From Paraspadella gotoi (Eukaryota; Animalia; Chaetognatha): a DNA stretch of 64,000 nt. Both the position numbers and the translations under genes were made by a program. This document shows positions 37,851 through 52,300 of the stretch, one piece after another. Positions within the stretch are counted from its first letter, which is position 1, and each line of letters starts with the position of its first letter. Under the pieces are notes generated by a model. It was not told the DNA's origin. It saw only the letters and a list, made by a program, of their open reading frames with translations, and made no database searches. The DNA lies in NCBI GenBank assembly GCA_051294375.1, contig JBJCIZ010000239.1, positions 232,801-296,800 on the forward strand, written 5' to 3'.

Positions 37851-40800
37851 AGCAACCGAAGTCGCGAAAGGCATCGGCCGCAGCATTCATCTCAACGACG
37901 TCGACACTGAAGCAGAGAAGCATGCCCGTAATAAGCATCAAACCGCAGCAGCAGCAGCCGCTCCATTTCCGGTTTTTCCATCGACGCTGACGTCGAAGTC
38001 AGAAATATTTTACCGACGGGAACATTTTTGGCGGTGAGAAGGAAGATGTCTTTTGTTTGTTCGTTCATTCGTTGCATTTCTTTTTCATTTGTTCATTTGT
38101 CTATCCTGCCATTCTCCCCCCCCTAGGTTCGGGCGGAGGCGACGCACTTTTGGCGGATCTCAAATCAAGTCGCTGGAAGGAAGCGCGAATCTCCCGCCTG
38201 GGCAGGGAGACTCTCTTCGGCCCAGGTGGAGTGAGTTCGTTCCCTTTCCTTCGTTCATCGTTCCTTCCTCGTTCGTTAACTTTCCTTCCTTCCGTTCGTC
38301 CTTCCTTCGTTCCTTCCTTCCTTTGTTCCTTCCTTCCTTCGTTCTTCCTTCCTTCGTTCCTTCCCTTCCTTCGTTCCTCTCCTTCGTTCCTTCCTTCGTT
38401 CGTTCCTTCCCTTCGGTTCGTATCGCTTCCTTCTTCGTTCGTTCCTTCCTCGTTCCATTCCTTCCTTCGTCGTTCCTTCCTTCGTCGTTCCTTCCTTCGT
38501 CTTCCTTCGTTCGTTCTCCTTCGTTCGTCCTTCCTTCGTTACGTTTCTTTCGTTCGTTCGTTCCTTCCTTCGTTCCGTTCCTTCCTTCGTTCGTTCCTTC
38601 CTTCGTCGTTCCATTCGTTCGTTCGTTCAGTTCGTTCGTTCGTTCGTTCCTCGTTCCTTCGTTTCATTTAATTGTTCATTTATTTATGAATTCATTAATT
38701 CATTTAATCATTCCAATTATTTCTTCATTATACATATTTGTTAATTTATTCAGTTTATTCATTTTTTTTTTTTTTTTTTTTTCCCATTAATTGATTCATT
38801 CATTTCTTTTAAGTTCATCTCTCCATTCATTTCTTCGTTCATCTCTCCATTCATTTCTTCGTTCAATCTCTCCATCATTTCTTCGTTCATCTCTTCATTC
38901 ATTCCTTCGTCATCTCTCATTCAATTTCTTCGTTCATCATCTTCATTCATTTCTTCGTTCATTTCTTCATTCATTCTTCGTTCATCTCTTCATTCATCTC
39001 TTCATTCATCTCTCATTCCATCCCCACTCTCCCAGTCACTACATCTGTCAGGCATAACTCCCCGCCTGCCTCCGCCTGCTCCGCCTCCCAAGTTTCCTCG
39101 ACGAGGCGACGCCGCTGTCAGACCCTTAAAACTCTCAACCTCATTCCTCGCCTGGTCAACAGGCGGCGCTGCTGCGCCTGACGCCGACGGCGACGGAACG
39201 CCTGAACGCGGCGAAAGGGAAGCCTCGTCGCGGCGGCGCTGGGGTAGTTCCGCAGGGAGGAGGAGGAGGAAGTGACGGAGCCGAAAAACGAACGCCTATT
39301 TTTCGTGCGGCGCTCCGCGGCGTTGCCGATGCCGTCGCCGCTAAGGTCGCCGCCCGACTTTGCAAACGAAACTTGGCCTGCGGTTTTCCCTGCGTCTTCG
39401 CGGCGCCCGGTTAGACGGCGCCGCTGCTGCGGACGCCGCCCGCGCGACCGGAAGTGGCAATTCGACCTTTCGATTCGGCGCCGCGAAATTTTCCGTGTCA
39501 GGAGTCAAACTTCGACGCGCGAAGGAGGTTGGTGAGACATGTGAAGGGGATGCGGCGGGTTGGTGGAGGAGGGTGAAAGGGGTGGTGATTGGGTGAAAGA
39601 AGGTTTGGGAAACGTGGATGGGAATTCATTGGGAAAACAAAAATGCATCGTTATGCTTTCGCTAAAACATCAAGGCGTTCTTCTCTTTTTACAGACTTTC
39701 TTTGTCAGGCTTGATAAATCTTTACAGGCGATCCGTTTCTTTTTTAAGCTTTGTTTTTCAGTGGCAATTCCCTTTGTTTTTATATCAGGCTTCCTTAAGA
39801 CTTTGTCGGCGATTTCTCCTTTATCAGGCGCTCTCCTATATCGTTCTTCCCGTTTTCTTCCACCCAACAGGCGGCGCCGACACTCCCTTCTCTCTCTCCC
39901 GATTTCATCCTCGTCAAAATCTTCGGCGCGATCGTTTCGTCTTCGGCGATGAGAGTTGCCCTGCCACGTCCACTTCCGACAACGGCGTCCACTTCCGTTG
40001 CGTCTTGGTTACTAGGGAAACGGTCGAGCGACGATTCTTCGACGATAATGACGACGACGGTTACGACGACGCGGAAGCCGTTCCGACGACGAACGAGACG
40101 ACGAACGATGGAGGACAGACGACGATACAGAAGGAAGTTTTAGCAGTTTAATTGATAAAATTTAAATTAAACTAATTAGTAATAATCGTAATAATATTAT
40201 AACGCTGTAAGAGTCATAAACGTGAGAAGGCCGATCAAACTCCGACTTTAAATCGTGAAATTGTTTAAAACTTAAAGCATCAAAAGTAATTTTTTCTTTT
40301 TTGTTATTTTCTTCTTTTTAAGGTTTCGCGGAAATCTCAAACCGTCGGGACGCTTCTTCTCACGCCACGTCCTCATCTCTATCAACGCCCACATTCAACC
40401 ACAACAACAACGCAAAGCATATTCTCTTGGGGATCTCCCGGACGAGGTCCGTCCGACCGCTCGTCTTTCAAACATCTTTCGAAATCTCGACGCCCGCTCA
40501 AGTCGGCGTTGGCTGCGACACAGGGGTGTTTGCCGTCCATGCGCGCGTGTATAACGGCGCGAGCTCCGCTTTCTGAGATCGTCCGCGCGCAGAAGTTACG
40601 GGCCGACGAGAGACGCAAAGCTTCGTGGGCGCCGCCTCAACGAATCTCGATCCCATTTCCGCGTCAAACAAGATTCCATTGGGAGCAGTCGTAGGTTAAT
40701 CGCAAGCAGTAGAGATTTGATTTGCCGTTAAAAAGCCTATCGCTGCTGATGTTTCTGTAAGAGACGAACCCTGTTGATGTTTTCTGTTAATAAACCATTG

Positions 40801-41090
40801 TTGGTGATCTGCTGGTAAAGACGCAGAGAGATCCCTGTTAAATGTTGATGCTGAACGACCATCCTGCTGATGTTGTTCTCTTCAGATTCCGCTCTCAATC
40901 CTCCAAAAGGACGCCGACTCCGCACCGCGTCGTCGTCGGCTGCTTCAACTTCCGTTTTTGAACGCGACTTCCGGTTCCCATCGCGGCGTCGAAAAGATTC
41001 GGTTCCATTGCCACCGAGACTGGCGCGTTCCGAGCATAACGGCCTCGCTATGGTTAGAGAGAGAGAGAAGACAGACAGTACAGACTAGAC
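37851..41090 (+). other. Putative exons of an unidentified gene
   Basis: GC-rich islands bounded by AG/GT: 37851-38033, ~38127-38230, ~39037-39531, 40323-40694 (open frame) and from 40886. No recognisable domain. Confidence 0.3.
38236..39030. repeat. (CTTC/CGTT)n and (TTCA/CATCT)n intronic microsatellite block
   Basis: Lies between a GA|GTGAGT donor-like site (38231) and a CCCCAG acceptor-like site (~39036). Confidence 0.8.
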
Positions 41091-41114
41091 AGAACATACA
41101 TCAATTCCACCTCT

Positions 41115-42081
41115 TCACTCTCCACAGACACCTACCACGCCCTTAAACGGGCGACAGCGTCGAGGCAGCGCCGCCAGAATCGTCGTCGCTCTCGACGTCG
41201 TAGCGTCTCCGGCGCCATCCGCTTTCCGGCGCCGCTGCCCACGACGCCGCAGCTGACGCCGCAAATTTCGCCTCAGCAGCCGCAGCAGCTTCGTCAAGTT
41301 TGGTCGGCCGACGGTTTGATTGGACGGAGAAGAGAGAAGCTGCGCATGCGTACGAGTTTTATGAGGAGGGAGGAGGAAGAGGAAGAGGAGAAGGATACGA
41401 AGATCAATATCGATGAAGGAGGAAAATGTTAATGCAGCAGCCTGCAGCAAAACGTTGCGAAAAGCGTCTCGCCAGAAGACAACAAACAACGAACGTCGAA
41501 AACGACCGACAACCCAGCCCTTTTCCTCTCCTCTCTCCTTCTCCTTCTCTCTCCTCGTCTCCGACCCGCAATCGTCCGCGACTTCGCCGTCCGCCGCCTC
41601 CGCCGCGCCGCCCTGCGTCGGCCGAGTCCTTGCTGCACCTGCCGCAGCTGCTGGCAGATCTGCTTTGCTGCAGGAACCGCGGTGCGGAGTCGTCCCTTGT
41701 CGGCGACGCTCTTAGAGATGGCACCTTGCGGGCGCGACTTTGGAACTGGAGTTTTTCTGGTCGCTTAGGACGACGACTCAGCGTCTTCCGCCATCTGGCG
41801 ATGCCCTAGGACGTTGATGGAGGAATATTGCAGGGCGGTGTGGGAGCAGATTTGACGAAGTGAAATTGGAATGAGTGGGAAGGGATATTTGAATTGACAG
41901 TTTCGGATGCTGTGGACGATGTGCTGCAGTCGCTCATCTTCGCACAATTTTTGCCTGCTGTTTTCCTCCTCAGCCTGAACCCAACCAGTGACCTTCGTCT
42001 CTGTCCCTCGAGGAAAATCTCCCTCGACCTCCAGGGCGTCAACGTCGACGAAGACCTCCATCTTCTCTCCACAACAAACAA
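41115..42081 (-). other. Putative coding segment of unknown function
   Basis: Non-repetitive frame MEVFVDVDALEVEGDFPRGTETKVTGWVQAEEENSRQKLCEDERLQHIVHSIRNCQF.., followed by GC-rich sequence with frame breaks. Confidence 0.3.
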
Positions 42082-42106
42082 NNNNNNNNNNNNNNNNNNN
42101 NNNNNN

Positions 42107-42139
<33 letters not shown>

Positions 42140-43529
42140 AAAATAAAGAAAGGGAAAGCGAGAAAAAGATTTTTTTTTACCATCAACATTTGTAACGAAC
42201 AAACGAAAGAAAAGTTTTAAAGAAAAAAAAAAAATGTGAGAGAGGATCCATTTTAGCATGTTATGATTATGTGGGCTGGCAACTTTCAACAACATTTAGC
42301 CTAATTGATATTGAAATCATTGCAAAAAACCCCTAAAACATTTTTTTTCAGACCTCTCCAATTCTTTTGCCAACTTGGGTCGCGACTCGTTTTCGTCCGA
42401 ATCCTTTGACTTATGTGACCATTGCGCAACTTTCCTCGCGCCGAAGGAGGCCGTTGTTTCGCGGCCAAGAGCTGCATGTTGTTCCAGGCTTCCTCTTCAT
42501 AAGCTGCCTCTCAGTCGCATTCCGCATGCGCCAGTTCGGCCGATGACTATTGCGCTTCGTAATTACTTTTAAACTATCACTTTTTCGCCTATCGCAACAA
42601 GCCTTTCGCGCGCTTTTTTCTTGATAACATTTTCTGAATAACCGCTAGTCAACATCATCTTTTTTTTTTTTTCATTCAACTATAGTTAGCCTATATTTTA
42701 TTACCTTTTTTTGCCTGCTTCGCCTCTCAATAATTCACATCTTTAACTACGCAACGATGTTTGTGTTTATTTACTTTTATTTTATTTATTTGTGCTGAAG
42801 GACTTATTTTTTTTTTCCGAATTATTTTTGACGAAATTCACGGTCTTCCCTGTTATGGCTCATCGTCTCTTTTATTTTTCGCGTTCAGCCTTTTCTCACG
42901 CTCATTATAGCTGAATTCAGCCTCTGGCCTTCTAGTGAGTGATTTTTTCCTTTTGTATGTCGCTTTTGTTTCCCCGCTTTTTTTTCCACCTTCTCGTTCT
43001 TTTGTCTTCACTAGCCGCGGTCACCATCATCATTCTCCTCTCTGCATCCTCTCTCGAGGAATCTCAATCCGTGTTGGTGCCTCGATCTCTCCTCTCCACG
43101 TCTGCGTCTCTCTCTGTCTCATCTCGCTCTTCTCTCTGGTCTCTGCTCTCTCTCTTCTCACTCCTATTGTTTAGTTCCTATCCGATTTTCTTTTTTTTTG
43201 CTTCTGCGTTTTCTCTGCTCCTTTCGCGCCTTTCCCTCCGTGCCCAGCAAGCCCCTTGTCTCTCCGACCGACATCTCTCTTCTTGCCTCTCTCTCCTCTC
43301 TTCTTTCCGCTCTTGGCCGATACTCTCTCCCTCGCCTGCTGCATCTGCCTCTCGATCTCTCCTCTCTCTCAGTCATCTCGTTCTCTCTATCGTCTCTCCT
43401 GTCTCTCTAACTCCTCTCTCTCTATCTCTTCGCTCCTTCCCGTCATCCGTCTTCCCTGCTGCTCGTCTCCTCTCTCATATCTTCTCTCTCTCATTTTCTC
43501 TTTCCCTTTTCCCTATTTTTCTCGTACTG

Positions 43530-43640
43530 CGAGAACCAAGAGCGAAACGCCTACGACGCGTCGCTCGGACGGCAAAAAGTCGCTTGTGGTCTTTCTTTAG
43601 ACCCAATACGCCGCTCCTATTGCGGGAGTAGTGGCAGTCT
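43530..43640 (+). other. Possible noisy exon for FN3-1 strands F-G of the Turtle-like gene
   Basis: GC-rich island after a pyrimidine tract, with an inverted noisy copy at ~48520-48645. A hand consensus reads roughly ERYDASVRTLKDACGLLDSNAVY; no clean frame exists. Confidence 0.25.
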
Positions 43641-45049
43641 TGCCTTCTCACATCCTCTCGGCTTCTTCAGAGCGCAGCCATCCAACTCTCATGCTCGGCG
43701 TGCTCTAAATCTCTCGCTCGCGAGGCGTCTCGTCCAGTCTCGGCGCCCTCAGCGTTCTCTCCTACGATCATAAGTTCTCTCTCACTCTGCTGCTCTCCAG
43801 TCGGGAACACACACTGCATGGCATATCACGTTTCGTTTTTTCGTGCTGATTAAGCTCCTTGGAAGGGCGCGAAAGTGAAGGGCGCACAGGAACGAAAAAG
43901 CAAAAGCAACAAGAACCAAGAAGGGAAAAATAGAAAAAAGAGAGAAAAGACAAGAAAAGAAAGTGAAAAGAAAAGATAAAAAATAAAGAAAGGGAAAGCG
44001 AGAAAAAAAGATGTTTTTTTTTTTACCAGAGCGCTACGATCAACATTTCGGTAACAGGGCTTAAATACCGAAGCAAAGCGAAGAAAAAGCTTTTAAAAAC
44101 GAAAAAAACGAAAGAAAAAAAAAAAAAAACAAAAATGCCTGTTCTGAGCTTGCTGTTTGCTCCTCAAGCCACACAAAAAAAAATAAAAAAAAGAAAAGGA
44201 AAAAAAAAATATCGGCCCGTTTGCATACGTTTTGTTTTCAGACTTTTTGAGAGAGAGAGCAGAGGGGAAGAAGAGAGAGTAGAAGAGAGGGAGCAGAAAA
44301 AAGAGCGAGAAGGAGAGAGAGAGNNNNNNNNNNNNNNNNNNNNNNNNNGAGCGAGAGAGAGAGAGAGCGAGAGAGAGAGAGCGCCTTGTCGAGAAACGCA
44401 AAAATGTGTTACAGAAAATCGCGCCCAATGAAAACAAGTCGTCATTCGTCAGCCAATTTCATTTTCGTCGTCCCTCCACTCGTTCACAGTGATTGCCGTC
44501 GCCACTGTACGAATCACTCTTTTCACAACTCCAATTACGACTCCGCTCACCGATCACATTTTCTTATCATTATGATAAAAAACAATCGTACCATACAACC
44601 TTAATCTCCCAAAAAATTGTCCTTTTCCCCTTTTTTTTGTTCGGCCTTGTAGATATTATTAGTTTCTCATTCATGATTTTCCAAGAGGAATGATGTACGA
44701 TATCCATTAGAAAACTTGAACAGAAAGTATTCTAATCTTGTGTTGTGTAGATGCACCCTCTATTTCCAGAAGACAACGCTAACGTCCCCGTCCCAAACTT
44801 GAATAAATAATGTTATATTAAAATATCTATCAACAAAATATTATAACAAATAAATAAAATCATAAATAATAGTTGTTTTTAAATCTTTAAAAAAAAATAA
44901 AGATAGTGAAACAAGTAATTTTGCAATTTTCATTACCATTTTCACTCTATAATCAACTCACCACTCAGTTTTAAACTTCAACTTGAAACTCACAGCACGA
45001 GTCACCACTCACCTCACTCGCTCACTCACTCACTCACGTCTTCTCCCCC

Positions 45050-45220
45050 CGACATCCTCTTCACATCGGCAGCATCGAATCGAGTAGGTCGTCCTCGTCG
45101 TCGTCGTCGTCGTCGTCGTCTTCGAACGGACCTCGTCTTCTGACAGCAGCAGCGCAGGAAGTTGCGACCGAATTCGGCGCGGCGGAGCAGTACGAAGCGG
45201 AGTCTGCGGGCTGGAGTCGG
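45050..45220 (+). other. Possible noisy exon for the start of FN3-2
   Basis: Reads HPLHIGSIESSRSSSSSSSSSSSSNG; allowing indels it continues LVL.WKL.PNSA.EQYE.E, reminiscent of Turtle FN3-2 (..ELSNGFLITW). Ends at G|GTTAGC. Confidence 0.3.
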
Positions 45221-48200
45221 GTTAGCGTGTTTATTGTTAGACTGATAGACTGTCCGTATCAATGAAAGTATGTCACTATACTTATCACTCTATCGCTCTA
45301 ACCCTGAAGTGATAAGTGACAATAATAGCGAGTGTAATAATACCATTAAAGGGACAGTGACATTCATTATATTCTTGATAGTTACAATGATAATGATATG
45401 GATAATTATAGAGTTACTGACAAGAAGAGTGATAGAAAGGTAGTGATAGTATGTAGTTTAACAATAGTAATAATAATAGTAGACGTAGTCAGCGTCTAAG
45501 TGCGGGGTAGAAAAAGCGCGGGATTGCATCCTCGGAATGCCACAAGATTTTTATTTTTTTTTTGTTAATGTTTTAAAAAATAAGGCCTGGAGTTAAATTT
45601 TGCTATATACCTCGCAGATATAAATTCAGTTAAGACGTTAATTTTTTCTCTCTCTCTCTCTCTNNNNNNNNNNNNNNNNNNNNNNNNNGAGAGATAGAAG
45701 AGGGAGCCGAGAACGCCGTGTAACGGGGAGAAGAGAGACGCGAGGGTATAAGACGGAGAGAGTCATGCCTGGAGGGACAGCGGAACGGAGAGGAGACGAG
45801 GCAAGAGGGGAAACGAGAGAGAGGAAGAGAGCCGGGAGGTGTAGCGCGGGGAGAAAGATGAGGGAAGGGCGAACGAGAGGAGGAAAGTAGAGAGAGAGAA
45901 GAGCAGAGAGAACGAGAGAATTATTTTGATGTAGAGAGAGAAGAAGAGAGAGAGTCGAGAGAGAGAGAACGAGAGAGAGGGAAGAGAGGAAGAAATGATG
46001 TATGGGTAAAATAAATGTTTTGAATCGTGCTTTCGTGATATCGGTTAGTATTGCGTTTAGTTCGGTTATTTGTTTGATATTTTGGATGAGCAAAAATGTG
46101 CAGTGTGTTTTAGACTGTTCCAGTGTCCGTTGTTGTGGCTGGGATATAACTTTTAAGGAACAAAAAAAAAATAAGAAAAAGCGGGCGCGGGCGAGGCCGA
46201 TGGAGGCAAGCCCCGCGCCCGGGGGCGGATCTCGTCTATCTGAGTATTCGCGGTATCTGTATCTGTTTTGTCTGTTTTTTATTTATCTGTTTTTATGTGA
46301 GGTTTTATGTTTGACTATGGGTGTTGTATATCTTGATCTAGTGACGTATGCTATCTTTGTATCTGGCCGAGCCCACGCGGCGGCGAGGAACGCGAGAAGG
46401 ACGGCCACGTGTAGCGTGTGTCTATGTTTTTGTGTAATCTCCAAGTTTATATTGATTGTATTATGTGAAGGCACGGGGCCCGGAGGGAGGAGGACACGCG
46501 CGAGGAGGGGGCAAACGGATCACGGCAGGGGGAGAGGAGGAGATGGGAGAAGAGGGACAGGGACGGGCAGGGAGACGGGACAGGTTTGCTGAGTTTTTCA
46601 GGTTGTTTTGCTGCGTAAGCCGATAGTAAAATTCTGTCGTGCGTTGATTGTATCTTTTCCCGGACGCCGAGCCCGCCAGAACGGCGCGTGCGGACGGCGC
46701 CGCCGCGCCGTCCTCTTGATTAGGTCTTTAGTTTTTTTTTTTTCTTGGTTTTTTTTTTTTTTTTTTATGTGCCGGCAACTGTCCTGCGCGCTGTGCTGTC
46801 AGTATGATGATTCTTATCCTGGGTCCTTGTCTTTCGAAGGATATTTCATTCGTTTATTCGATCTGTACTTTTGTACGTATGTCGACTGAGCTTTGACGAA
46901 CCTACTCCCGATCTCGATGCTGCCGATCTGTGAAGAAGGGTGATCGTCGGGTGGGAGAAGTTATTACTGTATTAAACGCGATGATGTGAGTGCTGTGACC
47001 GTCTGTATGAGTTTCAAGTTTGACAGTTTTAAAAACCCTGCTTGAGTGCTTGTGAGTTGATTATAGAACGTGAAAATGGTAATTGGGAAAAGCAATAATT
47101 ACTTGGTTTCCACCTTGATCTTTATTTTTTTTTTTAAGAATGTTAAAACAAAACTAATTATTTATTGATTTTATTTTAAATTTGTTATAATATTTTCGGT
47201 TTTTGATAAGATATTTATTAATATAAACCATATTTATTCAAGTTGTGGATGGGGACGTAGCGTTGTCTTCTTGGAAATTAGTGTAGTGGTTGCATACTCT
47301 ACACGAACCACCCCACAAGATTAGAATACTGTCTGGTTCAAGGTTTTCTTAATTGGATATCCGTCACATCATTCCTCTTGGAAAATCGGCGGGTATAAAT
47401 CGAGCAAGCTTAATGAATATCTATGTCCCAACGTCTGCCTTTCCGAACAAAAAAGAACAGGGGAATGAAAAGATACATTTTTTGAGGAGATTAGTTGGCT
47501 ATTGGTTCACGGATTGTTTTTTATTCCATAATGCATAAGAAAATTGTTGATCGGTGGAGCGAGTCATATGTGAGTGGTTGAAAAGGTATGGATCGTACAG
47601 GTCGGCGACGGTGGTCAAGGTGCACTGTGAAAACGATGCGCAGACGTACGAAAATGAAATTGGCTGACGGAATGACGACTTGTTTCTTAGTGGGGCCCGA
47701 GTTTTCTGCTGAACGAGCGATTTTGCGTTTTTCTCGACCAAAGGCAGCTCTCTCTCTCTCGGCTCCCTCTCCCTCATCCTCGTGCTTGCTTGTTCTGTGT
47801 TTGTGTCTTCCTGCGCTGTCTCTCTCTCCTCTTGCTTCGGGTCTCTCTCTTCTCTTCTCAAACAGTCCTGAAACAAAGCCGTGTAATGCAAGGGTGGCAA
47901 ATATTTTTTTTTCCCTGGGTGTTGTTTATTTTTTTTTATCTTTTTTTTGTAGCGTCTCTCGTGTGCCTAGTTGTCGCGGAATTTCGATTGGATTCGAGCT
48001 TAAATAGAACTTATATCCAACGCAGGTCGGCTGAGAAGCAGAAAGCGTCACGAACAGAGGATTTTTTTTCATAAAACTTTCTCTTTGTCTTGTTACAAAT
48101 GTTGATGGTAAACAAAAAAAAAATCTTTTCTCGCTTTCCCTTTCTATTTTATCTTCCTCTTTTCTTTCTTTCCTCTCTTGTGGCTTTCTTTGCCTTCTTG

Positions 48201-48699
48201 TGCTGTTTTCTTTCTGCCTTCCGAACGACTTTCGCTTCCAAGGAAGGTGCGTTAATCAGCGAAAAAAGAAAAAACGAAACGGACATGCAGCAGGTGTCCC
48301 GAGAGAGAGAAGATGAGAAGAGAAGACGAGGAGGGAGAGAGACGGCGAGACGGAAGTCGAGAGAGGGGAGACGGAGGGAGGAGGGAAGAGAAAGTGAGAG
48401 CAAGGGAGGTGAGGAGCGAGCGCGTGCGTAGAGAGAGAGGGGAGAGGGAGGAGAGAAAGAATGAGGGAGAGACGAAGAGCGGGGAAGAGAGGAGAGATAC
48501 TAGGAGACGAGAGACCTGCACACTCATTCGGAATAAAATAGACGGCATTGGAGTCTGAAAACTCTAAAAGACCACAGGCGTCTTTTAGGGGTTCCGAGTC
48601 GCGTACACGCGGCCGTTCGGTCCTCTGGTTCGGAGTACGAGAAAAATAGAAAAGGAAGAGAAAACAAGAGAGAGATGAGAGAGAGAGAAAGAGAGGAGA

Positions 48700-48707
48700 G
48701 AGTTGGG

Positions 48708-48746
<39 letters not shown>

Positions 48747-49340
48747 GCGAGAGAGAAAGAGAGAGAGAGCAAGAGAGAGATGATAGGTATATAATAGAAA
48801 GAGAGAGAGAGAGAGAGAGGAGAGGAAAGAGAAAGAGAGAGATAGAATATATCATATATAAGAAAGAGAGCGAGAGAGAAGAAGTTGAGAGAGTAGAAAG
48901 AGTGAGAGAGATAGAGAGAGAGAGACGAGGAAGGAGAGGTAGAGAGAGAAATATGAGCCGAGAGAGAGGAGATAGAGAGTGGAGTGAGCAGTGAAAGATA
49001 AGAGAGAAGGAGCATAAGAAGAGAGTAGAGAAGATGCGAGAGAGCGTTTGAAGAGGAGAGACGAAGGGGCGTACAATAAAAAGCCCGCCGAAAAAAATGA
49101 AAGATGAAAGAGACGAGAATCGTGAGAAGAAAAGAGAATTTCTAGAGAAATGAGAACGAAGAACCGAAAGAGGCTCTCTTTCTCTTTTTTCTCTTTTGTC
49201 TTTCTCTAACCTTGTCTCTCTCTCTCCTTCGCTTTCGCAGTGATGGAAGCAGAAAATGCCAGGAGCTGAAGGGCTGAGGAAATTTTAAGGCAAAAGGTAA
49301 GCAAATCGAAAGAAGGGAAAGCAGAGAGAGAGAGAGGAGA

Positions 49341-49371
<31 letters not shown>

Positions 49372-52300
49372 CTTGAAAAAGGTGATGTGAATGAGATTGG
49401 AAAGCGAATTGGCCTGAGGCGACGAGAAAAAATAAAAAGAAGCGATGTGAAGAAGGTAACCAAGAAAAAAGTTAAAATACAAATGAAATAGAAATAAAAA
49501 CAAACAAAAACAAAAACAAACAAAAATACAGAAAATTAGATGTAACTGGCAAGGAAAAAAGAAAACTTAGTATGATTGCCGTAGGATTTTTTAAAATTAG
49601 TATATCAAAATAGAGAAAGGAATAATTTTTTTCAAAACCCAGAAGGAGAAACGAAAGAAGATTAGAAAGAGAAGGAGCAGACGGGAACGCAAAAAACAAC
49701 GACGTCCTTTTCGCGCTATATAGACAGACCTGAAAGTGCCAATTACTCGGAAATTTATGCAGGAAGGATTAGTTTAAATAATAAAAGTATAATTAAATAC
49801 GATTAAAAAACTGAATCGATTCCATCGGACAAAGAAGTAATTTTTTCCACATATTTATTTTAGCTTTAATCGCTATTGCTTTTAAACTTATAAAAAACTA
49901 ATCCCGAAGCCATACCCAAAAACTCTTATCCCTAATTTATTGGTAGTGTATCACAGCGCGCGCGAGGATGCCGATACGAGGGCTGCACGCGTAGTAAGAA
50001 GCGCGTCGCAGAGGGTCGATACTGTATCGAGTATATTAAGTGAGGGGACCACGCGGTAGTCTGGACGTGAGGGTTGCCGATCCGAGAAGCCAGCTAACAG
50101 GTCTGCTCAGAAAGGCTATAGACAGTCTAGGAGCGATGTATGCGTATGATATAAATGCGTATGATGCAATGCATTAAACCTCTATTCAGCAATGCTCGTA
50201 AGTCATAACCTAAATTCATTAAGCACAAATCATTAACGCTATATTTATATTATCCATGCTATATGCTTAGCGATCATTAACAAATATAATTAACCCTAAT
50301 CCCTAATTCGTTTATCCTAAGTCATTAAAAAAAAAATTACCAGAATTCCTGCGTATTTCAGCTTTAAAATGAGGCGCCGTATCTTGGAAAAAAAAAAATC
50401 CGATTTAAGGGAGGATTTTCCGAGCCAGTCCTTTCTCAACACTCGCTCGCCATCCTCTTCCTTTCTCCAGCTCCATCAGTCGTCATGACTGTCGCTACCT
50501 CATTCGACTCCTCTCAGCACAAGTCTGGAGTACTCGCGTCCAAAGGAGTACGGACGCTGGCGACTACCCCGCTCCAACCGTCTTCAACTCGGTCTGGGCG
50601 GGGTCAGCTCTCCAGCCCCATCAAAGTCTCCGTCAAGAGTGGTGATGAGTTAGGGATGGGGGTGTGTTGATGGAGTGTTTGGATTGGAGCGTGTGGTGAG
50701 AATTAGTAGTGAATTAACGAATAAATAAAACGGAATAGATATTTGACTGAATAAATTATTGATAAAAACTGTTTAAATGAACGATAAATAAAGCGAATTT
50801 AGAATATAAGTAGTTTATTGAAGAGGAATTACATGAAGTGAATCGAAGTACATGAATGGATGAATGAAAGTATTAAGATAAACGAATAACATAAATGAAC
50901 GAATAAATAAATGAATTAGATAATTTGACTGAACTGAATTAATTGATGAAAAACAGTTAATGGGATAAATGGATAAATAAACGAATTTAAAATGGAAATT
51001 AATTTATAAGGAAAAAGTATAAAATTGTGATAGCAGCAACGAGTTGTAATTTCCTTATATTCCCAAACGCAACGAAAAAGTAAGTGAAATTATCAACAAT
51101 GAATTAATTCAATAAAAGGAGATTCCTGAATGAATGATATCATGAGAGCTGAGAGCCCGTTAATAACGAATAAATGAACGATGAATGAATAAATAAATGA
51201 GTGAATGCAGGAGTGAATTATGACTGAATGAAATGCTTCTCTTTAATGACAAAGCACAACGACCAACACTGATAACATCCGCAGAAAAAATCCCTCGGTT
51301 TCTCTTAGATTAAAAAGTGATGAACCCGAAATGTCAGGAACCTAAGGACGAGTATAAGGATAATAAGGATTGACGAGAACCGACGACCGACGACGAAAAC
51401 GATGACCACGAACGGAATTGTAACACATCTTTCATTGACGGAACCACCAGTGTAGTAAACAAAATACTGTGCCTCTACTGTCCTCCCCTCTCTATCTCTC
51501 TCCGTCTCTCATCTCGTAATCGGCGTCTCTCTATCTCCTCTTCCTCTCTCATCTCCTCTCTCTCTCATCTCTCTCTCTGCATCCAGGACTTCCCGAGTTC
51601 TCCGTGAGCCGCGCGGTTTTCTTATCAAGCCATGAATCGGCGTCGGTCGTTCTGCGCTGCGAGCCAGAGCCTCTTGCCGACATCGGCTTCAAGAATCGAC
51701 TGGTCAGGGATAGGAGGCAAATTACTCCATTAAAGAGGTACTTTCGGGTGTCGGGATTGGATTGGGTCAGTGACGGGAGCAAATACTCATTAGAGAGGTA
51801 AAGAGTCGGGATGACTGTTTTAAATAAAGGACAGGAAGCATGAGAAGAAATTCTGGCCATTGAAAGAGGTCAAGGAGTTGGATTGACTGCTTAATACATA
51901 AAAGGCAGGAGCATTAGGAGCAATTCATTCATAAAAGAGCGTATGCGAAAAGCTTAGAGTCGGGAAGTTGACTGTTAATAAATTAAAGAAGGAACATGCG
52001 GAGAAATTAATGATGCGCCGCTATATATAGCGGAGTAATGACAGGTCGGGTCGAAGATGAGGATTGGACTTGTTATGAGAGATATATAAAATTATACGAA
52101 GGATACAGGGGCAGGCATTAGGCGCATTACAAAAGGACATATAAAGAGGTAAGGAGTCGGGATTGACTGGTTAATAAATAAGGGACAGGAACGTGAGGAG
52201 CATTACTCCAATCAAAGGGATAAGGGATAAAGGCAGAAATTGTACTCATAACGTTACGACAATAAGAAAAGAAAGAACATTATTTATACCTGAAACAGCG

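Larger units (their letters stand above)
43480..48670. repeat. Large noisy fold-back duplication (43480-45100 mirrored by 46890-48670)
   Basis: 44390-45090 is the reverse complement of 46890-47740; 43800-44110 matches 48060-48310; 43500-43620 matches 48540-48670. Confidence 0.8.

Noticed and set aside
49930-50200. Novel insertion in copy 3
   Set aside because: Near-random sequence replacing the CCCTAA minisatellite, typical of a low-quality read segment.
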